A stretch of 62,110 nt of DNA, counting the filler, from Basidioascus undulatus (Eukaryota): the NCBI GenBank assembly GCA_000826855.1. It is 8 parts of 8 records of this genome, joined end to end, with 100 filler letters (N's around TTAATTAATTAA, not from the genome) between each part and the next. Parts side by side here need not be neighbours in the genome. Positions count along the whole stretch, not along the records: positions 57,615 to 62,110 come from JTLS01002140.1; 7 more parts are not named here. The stretch is one strand, 5' to 3'. Both the position numbers and the translations under genes were made by a program. The notes beneath the pieces are model-generated. The model did no database searches and was not told the DNA's origin. It saw nothing but the letters and a program-made list of their open reading frames with translations. Within the stretch, counting starts at the first letter, position 1. The number at the start of each line of letters is the position of its first letter. Below, in pieces: positions 60,425 to 62,110 of this stretch.

Positions 60425-62110
60425 CTTTTTGCAATGAAAAGCGTTCAAGGCAACCGCAGTTGGCAGGAGGCAGTATGCGGCCCTACTCCCTTGCCAAGAG
60501 GGAGGCTCATAAGACAAGGTTCGCCGTGCCTCAACGCCTCCCCACGCACCCTGGCTGAAACTCTTGAGTCCCTTCACCCTGGAAAACGGGCTCCCTAATG
60601 CGTCGATCCATCATGGGGAAGCTCCAGCCTTGCGAAGCAGGCTTTTAACGGGGTCCGGTGGGTGCCCGCGGTACATGGAACTCGCCGAGGGGAATATGGA
60701 CGTCAGCGAGGTGAGGTGGACGCTGCTGCTGCTGCTGCGAGTGAACGACGCTATGGGCCGTGGAGCTCGCGCCATTGCGCGTCTACTTGCCCCTTGGAAG
60801 CTTTCAATGAGTGCAATGGCAGCAATGCTAACGCGGATGCAGATCGATCCCGGTAGATCGCAGCGTGAGAGATGCGCACTATGCGGGTCTTTGCATGGTC
60901 GGCAGGGCAGGCAGATGGTCATGAGTTGGCGAGCCGAGCTGACCCGGAAGAGAATAGGAGATGCGCCCGCGGCTAGCGCGCTCCCTCGTCGCCCACCCAC
61001 CCACTCACCCTGTGCAGCTGGCTGGTCCCAGGGCGGGCCCAGTGCCAGTTCCAAATTGTGGGCCAGAGAGAGAGAGGCACAATCATGCTTCCGAGACGAC
61101 TTTTTTGTGTGCACTGCGCTTTTTGGGAAAGGCGAGCTAGCACATAGGAGCTCTTCCCGGAATTCAAGGACTGCAAGGCCTTGCAGTTGAGGCTTTCACG
61201 CGGTGGGGAGAACGCTGTGTGGAGGAGTTCGGAGAGAGAGGGTCATTCGATTAAAGTTTGTTGAAATCAAGGTTCGATGGCCCTTTTTCGCGAGGGGGCG
61301 TTTCTGATTGTGAATGCGGGGTAAGGGACAATCAGGCCTGGCGCGCGAGGGTCGACAGCAAAGGAGAAGGCCGTCCCGGACTGTGCCCCTCGCTGAAGTC
61401 ACATTCCAGGCTCCCGGGACGTGCAAAAGGGCCTATATTCGTGCTGTATAAGCCGCATTAGATTTGACAAGATACGGCGGCGGCGAACTTGACCTCGAGG
61501 TTGCCGAGCGAGACGTACGACAGGCCGAGCAGGCCACCGAGGTCCGACTGCGAGGCGAAGTCTGTTCCCGCATCGCCCTGGCCCTTCCCTTGCCCTTGTC
61601 CATCTCCCATCTCCCTCCTCCTCCTCCACCCCCCGCCCGCTGCGGGCACCGTGGGCCATAACGACCTCAACGACGACGATACGGCACCGGCGCACACACA
61701 ACCGCGAATGACAGAATCGGCATAGCTTAGCTTATTCACGTTCACACGGGTCGATTGCTTCTTTATCCGGGCTCGCATTGCTCTCGGTCTCCCGGTCTCC
61801 CGCAGCGCGATCTCATACCCGCATCTGCATTCAGCGGACCCCCATCGTCATCAATATCCCGCATTCATCGTGAGTCCCAGGCGCCATGCGTTTCAGTCCC
61901 GACGAGGGCAGTCTGGTTCGGCAGGCAGCTGGCAGGCTGGCACTCGCAGGTCTCGTCTCGGATCCAACGCAATTGGGTGGTCTCAAACATGGCCTTCTCG
62001 CTCACACAAAACCCACCTCCTGTAGCCCAGCATTCTTGTCGTTCTACACATCACTCCTAGACTTTCCCCCGCATCCCCCATATCCCCGTTCCCAGATCGG
62101 AAGAGCACTG

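Noticed and set aside
60560..62110. 208-aa and 167-aa overlapping ORFs
   Set aside because: No recognisable family; overlapping ORFs of this size are expected by chance at this GC content.

Overview
Intron-rich, GC-rich fungal DNA, most likely a basidiomycete. Donors are mainly GTGCGC/GTGCGT/GTACGT/GTCCGT, introns are mostly 50-100 nt, and microexons are common. The window is not one locus. It is 8 contigs joined by artificial 100-bp spacers (44 N + TTAATTAATTAA + 44 N), so adjacency across spacers means nothing. Recognisable genes: an F-box gene (frameshifted), a multi-FAS1 fasciclin membrane protein, the Ca2+ channel CCH1, a membrane-anchored heparinase II/III-like lyase, GDI1 (3' part), OST2/DAD1, SUI2/eIF2-alpha (last exon missing, joined to a DUF3431-like 3' half), a Yap/KapC-type bZIP, a triple-KH RNA-binding protein, TPA1/OFD1 (3' part), SPT3, RIX7 (3' part), a CSC1/OSCA channel, tRNA-His(GTG, with intron) and tRNA-Asn(GTT). 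Accessory stretches hold decayed orphan genes and an isolated two-exon lipase fragment. The most unusual structure is at 31.25-32.11 kb: six homologous intron-like units at about 155-bp spacing, where the intron core is better conserved than the intervening exons, upstream of a small ORF. A second array of three intron-containing units lies at 59.15-59.75 kb. All exon models and translations were read by eye; no database searches were run.
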